From: Candidatus Poribacteria bacterium
Lineage (GTDB): Bacteria; Poribacteria; WGA-4E; WGA-3G
NCBI GenBank assembly: GCA_022823085.1
Contig: JAJDXV010000057.1
Span: 19,891 to 83,890 of the forward strand
Length of the DNA stretch: 64,000 nucleotides
Direction: 5' to 3'
Shown: one piece after another, positions 9,726 to 18,137 of the stretch
How positions within the stretch are numbered: the first letter of the stretch is position 1
Layout: each line of letters starts with the position of its first letter
Program-made: the position numbers and the translations under genes
Notes under the pieces: model-generated
Database searches by the model: none
Seen by the model: only the letters and a program-made list of their open reading frames with translations
What the model was told of the DNA's origin: nothing

Positions 9726-10832
9726 ATGAAAGTATTTTTGAAAAACCTAACCTTCAGTATCCTCTTTATCCTCGCAATCGGTTTCGGCATTTCGGTCTAC
9801 ATCCTTCAGGCACCACCGCTTGAACAGAAGAACACCGCGAAGCTGCAAATTCACACCCGAACAGCGGTCCGTGGGAGACCAACACGCAATTCCAAGCCGC
9901 TCGCCTATACCAAAGATGTGTACCGCTTCAACTTGGATCGGCGATATATTAGTAACCTGAATAGTGGTAGATTGGAACGTGAGCATCTGTTTAGCGCGGC
10001 TTTGACGCATCGTGCCAAGCTTAAAGGCGAAGCCCTCGACAACGCCCTCGAAAAAGAGATCAATTGGCAAAAAATGTTCGCCGATATGACGAAAGATATT
10101 CGCTTTGGTCCGAGTACGCCGACCCTCGAAATCTTGTTAAGTGGCGAGGAATGGCTGCTCAAAAATGCACAGGGTGCTGGGTACATCGTCGTCAAGACAC
10201 GTCATCAGATTGATGTCTTTTTACCCGACTTAAAGGACGCTTTTGATAAAAACGGACTTCCGCTCTCCACAGATTTAGAAGTTTCCACTGCCAAGACAAA
10301 TAGCCGGTGGCTCATCACGGATAAAGAACGGCATCAGACATATCGCATTGAGAAAGGTGATAAAAAACTCAATGTCTACCAGCAATCGAAACCTGAGATT
10401 CTGACGTTTCTGTTTCAAGTCGGTTTAGCATCGGAGACCGCTCTCGCTGAAGGCAAATTGACGCAGGAACTCAGGCGAGAATTTGAAGCGTTGAAGATAC
10501 CGCTATCACGGAGAACGCAAATATCAACAGGTAAAGACGGTACGAGTTGGCAAATAACAGATAGACCCCTAAAATATAACATCCGAAACGAGAACGAGCG
10601 ATTGAAGGTCTATCTTGATCTGGACAGTACATGGCTTCGCATCCAGGCGAGTGACGAGATAAAAGGCTGGGTAGAAAAAAATCGCGGGACAATCTTTGAA
10701 CCGCCGCCACCGATACCGAGTTCACGCCAGCAAGCCAAACAACGGTTGCTTGTACTTATTGAGACAGTGAAAGAAAAAATCGGGGTATTCGGCGATGCTG
10801 AAAATCAAACCCAAAATACTGCGTCCCGGTAG
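9726..10832 (+). CDS. Membrane-anchored hypothetical protein
   Basis: N-terminal TM helix 'LTFSILFILAIGFGISVYIL'. 368 aa, with no recognisable motifs. Confidence 0.45.
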   Translation: MKVFLKNLTFSILFILAIGFGISVYILQAPPLEQKNTAKLQIHTRTAVRGRPTRNSKPLAYTKDVYRFNLDRRYISNLNSGRLEREHLFSAALTHRAKLKGEALDNALEKEINWQKMFADMTKDIRFGPSTPTLEILLSGEEWLLKNAQGAGYIVVKTRHQIDVFLPDLKDAFDKNGLPLSTDLEVSTAKTNSRWLITDKERHQTYRIEKGDKKLNVYQQSKPEILTFLFQVGLASETALAEGKLTQELRREFEALKIPLSRRTQISTGKDGTSWQITDRPLKYNIRNENERLKVYLDLDSTWLRIQASDEIKGWVEKNRGTIFEPPPPIPSSRQQAKQRLLVLIETVKEKIGVFGDAENQTQNTASR

Positions 10833-11844
10833 CCGTATCGCGGCAATTTCGCTCTCTTGGGGTGGCCCCGGTACTGTCCCTCACCGTTATGAGACCGGTA
10901 AACGACAATTTTCGGAAGAATTCGGCGTAACGGTTATCGAAACCGCGCACGCCTTGCGCGACGCGGATTGGCTCGCCAAAAACCCAAAAGCGCGTGCCGA
11001 CGACCTGATGACGGCTTTTGCCGATGAAACGATTGATGGTATTATCTCGACAATCGGCGGCGAAGATTCCATCCGCACGCTACGGTATCTCGATTTAGAT
11101 CTGATTCGGAAGAACCCGAAAGTTTTCATGGGTTATTCCGACACAACCATATCGCACGCCATCTGTTTCAAAGCCGGTATTGTCTCTTTCTATGGTCCCT
11201 CGTTCATGGCAGGATTTGCTGAAAACTGCGGGATGTTTCCGTATATGGTGGATTCTGTCCGACGCACCCTCTTTTCTGCCGAGCCGATCGGTGTTATTCC
11301 GCAAAATCGATCGGGGTGGACGGTTGAATATCTACCCTGGGAGAACCCGGAAAACCAATCCATCCGACGAAAGTTGAACCCTTGCACTGGCTGGAGGTTT
11401 CATCAGGATGAAGGTATTGCGGAAGGGCAGCTATTTGGGGGTTGTGTTGAAGTTCTCGATTGGCTGCGTGGGACCGACTATTTTTCCGCCGCGGATCTTC
11501 AAGGTGCCGTTCTCTTTTTGGAGACCTCTGAAGACGCGCCACCCCCGTCGTTTCTAACGGAATTCGTAAGATGCATCGCAGCGATGGGTATCCTTGAAGG
11601 ACTTAACGGTATCCTACTCGGACGACCCGGCGGCGGTGTTGCACCGCAGACTTTTAGCGAATACGAAGATGCACTCTGTAAAGCTGTCCGTGAGGAACAC
11701 GGGATAAACGATATACCGATTGTCACCAATATGGACTTCGGGCATACCGATCCGATGTTCGTCATTCCAATCGGTATGAAAATTCGTATTGATTCCACTA
11801 AGCAGGAAATCACCATCGACGAAGCAGCGGTAATAGATGGGTAA
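10795..11844 (+). CDS. LD-carboxypeptidase (peptidase S66, LdcA/MccF-like)
   Basis: 349 aa. Nucleophile-elbow 'GYSDTTISH'; overall S66 layout with C-terminal 'GHTDP'. Confidence 0.8.
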   Translation: MLKIKPKILRPGSRIAAISLSWGGPGTVPHRYETGKRQFSEEFGVTVIETAHALRDADWLAKNPKARADDLMTAFADETIDGIISTIGGEDSIRTLRYLDLDLIRKNPKVFMGYSDTTISHAICFKAGIVSFYGPSFMAGFAENCGMFPYMVDSVRRTLFSAEPIGVIPQNRSGWTVEYLPWENPENQSIRRKLNPCTGWRFHQDEGIAEGQLFGGCVEVLDWLRGTDYFSAADLQGAVLFLETSEDAPPPSFLTEFVRCIAAMGILEGLNGILLGRPGGGVAPQTFSEYEDALCKAVREEHGINDIPIVTNMDFGHTDPMFVIPIGMKIRIDSTKQEITIDEAAVIDG

Positions 11845-13051
11845 TAAAAAAATGAAGATACTTTTCTTGTCTCCTACCGTGCCGTTTCCACTCACCGACG
11901 GCGGACGCATCCGGGTTTTTAATCTCCTTAAACAGATTGCCGAAAAAAGCGATATAACACTGCTCGCGCTGGAGACGCAACCGACAGACGAAGAAGGCAT
12001 CGCAGAACTCCAGCAGTTAGGCGTTCAGGTTCACCTCGTCCCGAATGCGCCGACACTCCCCCGTGTATCACTCCGGACACTTATCAACGCTTTTCATAGA
12101 CAACAACCTATTACCGTCTCGCGGTACGACCTTCCCACCTATCGTCAGAGATTCAAAGAATTGCTTGCTACTGAAGACTACGATCTCGTCCATTACGAGA
12201 TGTTCCACACGGCACAGTTCCACACGGAGACTGACCTTCCCGGTGTGCTTTCACAACAGAACGTCGATTCCGAAATCTGGCGGCGGCTCTGTAGTGAAAC
12301 GGCTAACCCGTTCTATAAATTCGTATATTGGACGCAACAACGCGCTTTTCAACGCTATGAACGGGAGCTAAGTCCGAAGTTCGATGTCGTCACGTGTACG
12401 TCCGATATCGATGCCCTTGTCTTTCAGCAGCACTGCGCGGAAGATGCTATTGCGATAATTCCGAACGGTGTTGATGTGACGCATTTCCAACCCGATTTTA
12501 CCACCGAATCCCCGGCACATCTCATCTATATCGGGAGTATGGACTGGTATCCGAATGAAGACGCGGTCGCTTTCTTCGCAGATGAAATCTTACCGAGTAT
12601 CCAAAGCGAGGTATCGGATGTGCGATTCTCGATTGTCGGTGGGAATCCGTCGGCGCGTGTCCAAAAGTTAGCGGAGCGGAATAGCGTTATCGTCACCGGA
12701 CGTGTGCCGGAGATTAAACCCTACTTCGCCGAGGCGACGGTCTTCGTCGTGCCGTTGCGTATCGGGAGCGGCACCCGTCTGAAAATCCTCGAAGCGTTGG
12801 CGATGGGGAAAGCGATTGTCTCTACTTCAGTCGGTGCAGAGGGGTTAGACCTCAAAGACGGCGAGGAAATTTTTATCGCCGACGAACCGAAATCCTTTGC
12901 GGAAGCCGTCACCCGACTGCTCACGGATCCAGCACTCCGGCGTAGGATCGGAGAAAACGGACGCGCCCGCGTCGAAAAGGATTATGACTGGCGAAGCATC
13001 GGTGAGAAACTCCATCGACTTTATACCGAGATCGGTGGGCGCGCTTCATAA
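11837..13051 (+). CDS. Glycosyltransferase family 4 (GT-B fold)
   Basis: C-terminal 'FVVPLRIGSGTRLKILEALAMGKAIVSTSVGAEGL', the typical GT4 EX7E region. Confidence 0.85.
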   Translation: MGNKKMKILFLSPTVPFPLTDGGRIRVFNLLKQIAEKSDITLLALETQPTDEEGIAELQQLGVQVHLVPNAPTLPRVSLRTLINAFHRQQPITVSRYDLPTYRQRFKELLATEDYDLVHYEMFHTAQFHTETDLPGVLSQQNVDSEIWRRLCSETANPFYKFVYWTQQRAFQRYERELSPKFDVVTCTSDIDALVFQQHCAEDAIAIIPNGVDVTHFQPDFTTESPAHLIYIGSMDWYPNEDAVAFFADEILPSIQSEVSDVRFSIVGGNPSARVQKLAERNSVIVTGRVPEIKPYFAEATVFVVPLRIGSGTRLKILEALAMGKAIVSTSVGAEGLDLKDGEEIFIADEPKSFAEAVTRLLTDPALRRRIGENGRARVEKDYDWRSIGEKLHRLYTEIGGRAS

Positions 13052-13145
13052 CTATTTCATCCGTTGATTTTTCTTCTTAAATATGCTAATATTTAACCAA
13101 GTTGAACAAGCCTCAACAATGAACCCCTTAAAAGGAGTTACTCCG

Positions 13146-13895
13146 ATGAAAGTCCTTACGTTATTCTTGTCGTTCACCTTTTTACTCATGATCGCCACTT
13201 TAGGGATTACCGGTGAAGACCCAGATTTAGTGGCGTATTACCCGTTTGATGGGAACGCAGAAGATGCAACTGGGAACGATAATCACGGCGAAATCACAGG
13301 CGGATCCAAGTGGGTTAAAGGCAAATTCGGAGACGCTATTGAACTCGACCCCGCTGCTTATGTCGAGATGCAAGCCTCCGATTCCCTCCACGGTGATCTT
13401 TTCAAATCCGACCCGCACACAATTTCTGCTTGGGTAAATCCGAACTTTGATGGCACCACGTGGGAACACGTCTGGCGGAGCCTGCCGTCCGCTGCTGGGC
13501 ACAACACCTTATTCATTAACAAAGACCAAGGCCTCATCTCTTGGCGTGGACAGGTCGGCGGATGGACAGTCCTATGTCAGACCGATGGAGGCATCGTCGA
13601 AGCGGATAAGTGGATGCACGTAGCCGTCACAGGCGATGGTGATAAATTCAAAATCTATGCCGACGGTGAGATGGTCGCCGAAACCGATTTCCAAGAAACC
13701 GATGGTGCGAACATCACTTATCGTATCGGCGGTTCAGGTGGCGAGACTTTCGCCGGTTTGATGGACGATTTCGCTGTCTTCACCCGTGCCTTGGACGAAG
13801 ATGAAATCAGCCTAATCATGGAAGGCGTTGACGTATTCCTACCGGTTGAACCGAAAGGTAAACTGGCAACGCAATGGGCAGCCCTCAAACGCTAA
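13146..13895 (+). CDS. Secreted LamG (concanavalin-A-like) domain protein with conserved C-terminal tail 'PVEPKGKLATQWAALKR'
   Basis: Signal peptide 'MKVLTLFLSFTFLLMIATLG'. LamG signature 'DGNAEDATGNDNHGEITGGSKWVKGKFGDAIELD'. Paralogs at 55796..56629(-) and the frameshifted 7631..8160. Confidence 0.7.
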   Translation: MKVLTLFLSFTFLLMIATLGITGEDPDLVAYYPFDGNAEDATGNDNHGEITGGSKWVKGKFGDAIELDPAAYVEMQASDSLHGDLFKSDPHTISAWVNPNFDGTTWEHVWRSLPSAAGHNTLFINKDQGLISWRGQVGGWTVLCQTDGGIVEADKWMHVAVTGDGDKFKIYADGEMVAETDFQETDGANITYRIGGSGGETFAGLMDDFAVFTRALDEDEISLIMEGVDVFLPVEPKGKLATQWAALKR

Positions 13896-14090
13896 TCTGA
13901 GAACCGATAGGCGCGGTGACGAACCGCGCCTCCCGATAACTATTCTTCCAAAGGAAACAAGCCATTGGGAAAAAAGAAGATCGCATAGGATTGCTAACCT
14001 TTCATGGATCAACTGGCTCCTGATGTATTTGGACGAAAACAAGGAAACTATAGTTCCTTTAGGGAGTGGTCGAAAAAACCGTAGGCGGTA

Positions 14091-14125
14091 ACTGAACCGC
14101 GGGCGGTCCTGGACGTTGTGTCAGT
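14091..14125. repeat. 35-bp direct repeat, copy 1 (ACTGAACCGCGGGCGGTCCTGGACGTTGTGTCAGT)
   Basis: 33/35 identical to 23217-23251, which lies inside the coding sequence of the AlbA_2-like gene. Confidence 0.7.
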
Positions 14126-14178
14126 CCGGACGCGCCACTCCATGAACCCGTAAATCCCACTTTAAGCTAATTCATGTA

Positions 14179-14222
14179 ACTGCGGGTTATGTCTTGCACT
14201 AATTGCCAAGTTTTGTTAAAAT
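14179..14222 (+). promoter_or_regulatory. Sigma70-like promoter (TTGCAC-17nt-TAAAAT), 43 nt upstream of the PLD-SNF2 gene; duplicated at 26451-26495
   Basis: -35 TTGCAC (14194-14199), 17-nt spacer, -10 TAAAAT (14217-14222). A 44-bp block is near-identical to the one upstream of the DprA/SLOG-like gene. Confidence 0.5.
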
Positions 14223-14264
14223 ACAGGAACTACATTCAAACAGAGAGAAACGGACTATCACTAA

Positions 14265-17200
14265 ATGCCCCGTATTTTTGATAACATTGACCAATCACTC
14301 CTCCCCGCACTTCAACAAACACTCGAAAACGCTACACACGCAGATTTCTGCGTCGGCTATTTCAATCTCCGCGGCTGGCGAGGACTTGCCTCTTATGTTG
14401 AAAATTGGGACGGTGGCGAAGGCGAATGCTGCCGACTGCTCGTCGGCATGCAACGCTTACCCGAAGAAGAACTCCGAGAAACGATGCGGATTGCTAAAGA
14501 CGGTGGTATTGATAACCAGACAGCACTCTGTCTCAAACGGAGATTGGCAGAGGAGTTCCGCGAGCAGTTGACCATAGGCGTACCGACACGCCAAGATGAA
14601 ATAGGATTGCGTCAATTAGCGCGCCAACTTCGCGAAGAGAAGGTCCAGGTAAAACTCTTTCTTCGACACACGCTCCACGCAAAACTTTATCTGATTTATC
14701 GCGCTGACCTGATTACACCCACCGTAGGTTACCTCGGCAGTAGTAATCTAACGGTCTCCGGACTTTCACAACAGGGAGAGCTCAACGTTGATGTCGTTGA
14801 CGCAGACTCCTGTGAGAAGTTAGAGGACTGGTTTGAAAACCGTTGGAACGACCGGTGGTGCATCGATATTTCCAAAGAATTGGCAGAAATTATTGAGCAG
14901 AGTTGGGCGCGTGAGGAACTCATTCCGCCCTATCACATCTACGTGAAAATGGCGTATCATCTGTCGCAGGAAGCACGCGCAGGTTTGACTGAATTTCGGA
15001 TTCCACGCGAATTTGAGAACAAACTGTTTGAATTTCAAACCGCCGCCGTGAAAATTGCAGCGCATCACCTCAACAGACGCGGCGGTGTGCTCATAGGCGA
15101 TGTCGTCGGACTCGGTAAGACACTCATGGGAACGGCACTTGCACGGATACAAGAAGACGATTACGACCTCGAAACTTTGATTATCTGCCCGAAAAACCTT
15201 GTGAACATGTGGGAAGATTATCGTGAGGAATATCGCCTGCGCGGGCGGGTGCTCTCCATCAGCCAAGTGATCAATACTTTACCCGACCTCCGTCGCTATC
15301 GGCTCGTTATGATTGACGAAAGCCATAACCTCAGAAATCGTGAAGGCAAACGCTACCAAGCCATTCAGGAATATATCCACGAAAATGAGAGCAAAGTTAT
15401 CCTCCTCTCCGCAACGCCTTACAACAAAACCTATCTTGACCTCTCTAATCAACTCCGATTGTTCGTTGATGAAACCGAAGACCTCGGCATCCGTCCGGAG
15501 CAATACATCAAATCGTTAGGTGGTGTCATCGAATTTAATAGCAAACATCAGAGCGGTATCCGCACACTTCAAGCGTTTGAACACAGCGAGTATATTGACG
15601 ATTGGCGTGAACTGATGCGCCGCTATCTCGTGCGCCGAACGCGCAGCTTCATCATGGACAACTACGCTGAAACGGATCCCGAAACAAAACGGAAGTTCCT
15701 TCTGTTTTCAGACGGCACACCTTCCTACTTCCCGACACGTGTCCCGAAAACGATTACGTTCACAATTGATGATAAAGACCCGGACGACTCTTATGCGCAG
15801 CTATATTCGCCTTCTGTTGTGAACGTTATCAGCAGTCTGAAACTCGCTCGATACGGACTCGCAAATTATATTGTGGACACACCATCAGAACCACCAACGG
15901 AAGCAGAACAGCAGCAATTACAAGACCTGTCCCGCGGTGGACAACGCCTGATGGGGTTTTGCCGGACGAACCTTTTCAAACGGCTCGAAAGCAGTGGACA
16001 GGCGTTCATCCAATCCGTCGATCGCCATATCCTACGCAACTATATCTTTCTCCATGCGATTGAAAACGACGCACCGCTACCGATCGGATCGCAAAACGCT
16101 GAGATGCTCGACTCTCGGCTTGAAGACAGAGATACCGAAGATGCCACCCTTATCTTAGGCGTTTCCGGTGATGCCGATGACACGCAGATAGATGACACGG
16201 ATTCAGAGACAAGCACATACACACCCGATGCCTATAAACAACGTGCCGCCGAAATCTACGGACGCTACACAACGAAATATAAAAGTCGGTTTAGCTGGCT
16301 CTGTCCGAACCTCTTTCATCCGATGCTTCACAAGGATCTCACCGAAGACGCGATTGCACTCACTAAAGTCTTACAACAGGACGGTACGTGGGAGCCCGAA
16401 AAAGACGAAAAACTCAACGCACTTGAGACACTCTTAACCGAGACCCACCGGGAAGATAAGGTCTTGGTCTTCACGCAATTTGCGGATACCGTGAAATACC
16501 TAACGGATGCTCTCTCAGAACGCGGCATGACACATATCGCCGATGCAACCGGCGACTCAGCAGACCCTACCGCTTTAGCACACCGATTCAGTCCTGTCAG
16601 CAACGATAAACGGGACAGAATCAATTCAGAAGACGAGCTGCGCGTACTCATCAGTACGGATGTCCTCAGTGAAGGTCAAAATTTGCAAGATTGCGCAATC
16701 GTCGTCAACTATGATCTGCCATGGGCAATCATAAGGTTAGTCCAACGTGCAGGCAGAGTTGACCGGATTGGACAAATGGCAAAAGACATCTTGTGTTATT
16801 CGTTCCTACCTGCTGAAGGTGTGGAGCGTATTATCAACTTGCGCGGGCGCGTTCGTGCGCGTCTCCGGCAGAACGCTGAGGTTGTCGGTACGGATGAAGC
16901 CTTTTTTGAAGATGACGGTGAGGAAGGCAATGAGAGATTTGTTGATCTCTATAACGAAAGAGCAGGCTTACTTGACGATGCACAAGATAACGATGTGGAT
17001 CTCGCCTCTCACACCTACCAAATTTGGAAAAACGCCGTTACGCAGGATCCAAAATTAGAAAAAATTGTGCCTGCACTCCCGTCCGTTGTCTATTCAACGC
17101 AACCGCACACGCCAACCGATACCGAACCTGAGGGCGCGCTCGTCTATATCCGAACAGGACACGAAAACGACGCTTTGGCGTGGATAGCTCGAAACGGCGA

Positions 17201-17654
17201 AAGCGTAACGGAATCGCAGTTTGCAATCCTCCAAGCTGCGGCGTGTGAACCTGACACGGAGGCACTCCCACCGCTTGAAGCACATCACAACCTTGTGGAA
17301 GCAGCCGCAAAGTTAATCCTCTCTGAGGAGCGTTCCGTCGGCGGGCAGCTCGGACGACCCACCGGCGCACGGTTCCGTACTTATGAACGCCTAAAGGATT
17401 ATGCCTCAGAGGTAGAAGGGACGCTCTATAGCACGCCAGCACTTAAGCAGGTCATTGAAGCCATCTATCGCTATCCGCTGCGACAAGCAGCCACCGACAC
17501 CCTCAATCGCCAACTCCGTAGCGGTATTTCCAACGCCGACCTTGCTGCGTTAGTCATTGAACGGTGGGAGACAGAACGACTCTGTATCATTGAACAGGAG
17601 AGGCAAACACAAGAACCGCAGATCGTCTGCTCACTTGGACTTCGCACAACGTAA
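14265..17654 (+). CDS. Fusion of a PLD-family (HKD) nuclease domain and an SNF2/SF2 helicase
   Basis: N-terminus has 'HAKLYLIYRAD...GSSNLTVSG' (HKD-like motif with GSxN). Helicase motifs: I 'GDVVGLGKTLMG', II 'MIDESHNLRN', III 'LLSATPYNK', helicase-C 'LISTDVLSEGQNLQ', VI 'QRAGRVDRIGQ'. 1129 aa. Confidence 0.85.
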   Translation: MPRIFDNIDQSLLPALQQTLENATHADFCVGYFNLRGWRGLASYVENWDGGEGECCRLLVGMQRLPEEELRETMRIAKDGGIDNQTALCLKRRLAEEFREQLTIGVPTRQDEIGLRQLARQLREEKVQVKLFLRHTLHAKLYLIYRADLITPTVGYLGSSNLTVSGLSQQGELNVDVVDADSCEKLEDWFENRWNDRWCIDISKELAEIIEQSWAREELIPPYHIYVKMAYHLSQEARAGLTEFRIPREFENKLFEFQTAAVKIAAHHLNRRGGVLIGDVVGLGKTLMGTALARIQEDDYDLETLIICPKNLVNMWEDYREEYRLRGRVLSISQVINTLPDLRRYRLVMIDESHNLRNREGKRYQAIQEYIHENESKVILLSATPYNKTYLDLSNQLRLFVDETEDLGIRPEQYIKSLGGVIEFNSKHQSGIRTLQAFEHSEYIDDWRELMRRYLVRRTRSFIMDNYAETDPETKRKFLLFSDGTPSYFPTRVPKTITFTIDDKDPDDSYAQLYSPSVVNVISSLKLARYGLANYIVDTPSEPPTEAEQQQLQDLSRGGQRLMGFCRTNLFKRLESSGQAFIQSVDRHILRNYIFLHAIENDAPLPIGSQNAEMLDSRLEDRDTEDATLILGVSGDADDTQIDDTDSETSTYTPDAYKQRAAEIYGRYTTKYKSRFSWLCPNLFHPMLHKDLTEDAIALTKVLQQDGTWEPEKDEKLNALETLLTETHREDKVLVFTQFADTVKYLTDALSERGMTHIADATGDSADPTALAHRFSPVSNDKRDRINSEDELRVLISTDVLSEGQNLQDCAIVVNYDLPWAIIRLVQRAGRVDRIGQMAKDILCYSFLPAEGVERIINLRGRVRARLRQNAEVVGTDEAFFEDDGEEGNERFVDLYNERAGLLDDAQDNDVDLASHTYQIWKNAVTQDPKLEKIVPALPSVVYSTQPHTPTDTEPEGALVYIRTGHENDALAWIARNGESVTESQFAILQAAACEPDTEALPPLEAHHNLVEAAAKLILSEERSVGGQLGRPTGARFRTYERLKDYASEVEGTLYSTPALKQVIEAIYRYPLRQAATDTLNRQLRSGISNADLAALVIERWETERLCIIEQERQTQEPQIVCSLGLRTT

Positions 17655-17735
17655 CACTTGAAAAAATCTTGAACTTTACTGATACATCGTGTATAATTCA
17701 CCTAAACCTAATATCTTACTACACGGAGATTCCAA

Positions 17736-18065
17736 ATGAAAAAGCACGAAATTGTCGCCGGACACCACGTGAACGGTCGATTAATTGTCAAATCCATTGT
17801 GCCGCCAAATTCACTTGACTGGATCGAAAACCTGGAAACAGAAGAGTTCGTTGAATTTTTCGAGGAATTGCTCAAACAACTATCACAAATCTCAGAAGGA
17901 AAGAAAGACGCTGCAACACTCACAATTTTTCTCTCTGAATGGCGTGAAACCGCTCTAATCAACACAGAACCGGATGTCTTGTCAGATATTGCTGAGGCGG
18001 AGCGAGAATTGGACGCTGGTGGCGGAAAACCGTGGCCCCAAATCAAGAAGGAGATTGGGCTGTGA
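17736..18065 (+). CDS. Small hypothetical protein between the nuclease-helicase and the methyltransferase
   Basis: 109 aa with RBS 'GGAGA'. Acidic C-terminus 'AEAERELDAGGGKPWPQIKKEIGL' is reminiscent of antitoxin C-termini. No firm family assignment. Confidence 0.4.
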   Translation: MKKHEIVAGHHVNGRLIVKSIVPPNSLDWIENLETEEFVEFFEELLKQLSQISEGKKDAATLTIFLSEWRETALINTEPDVLSDIAEAERELDAGGGKPWPQIKKEIGL

Positions 18066-18137
18066 ACCGTCAGCCATACACCCTGGAGCCGCTGCCGCGA
18101 AAAGTCGAAAACTTCATCAAACTTATAGGAACCCTCA

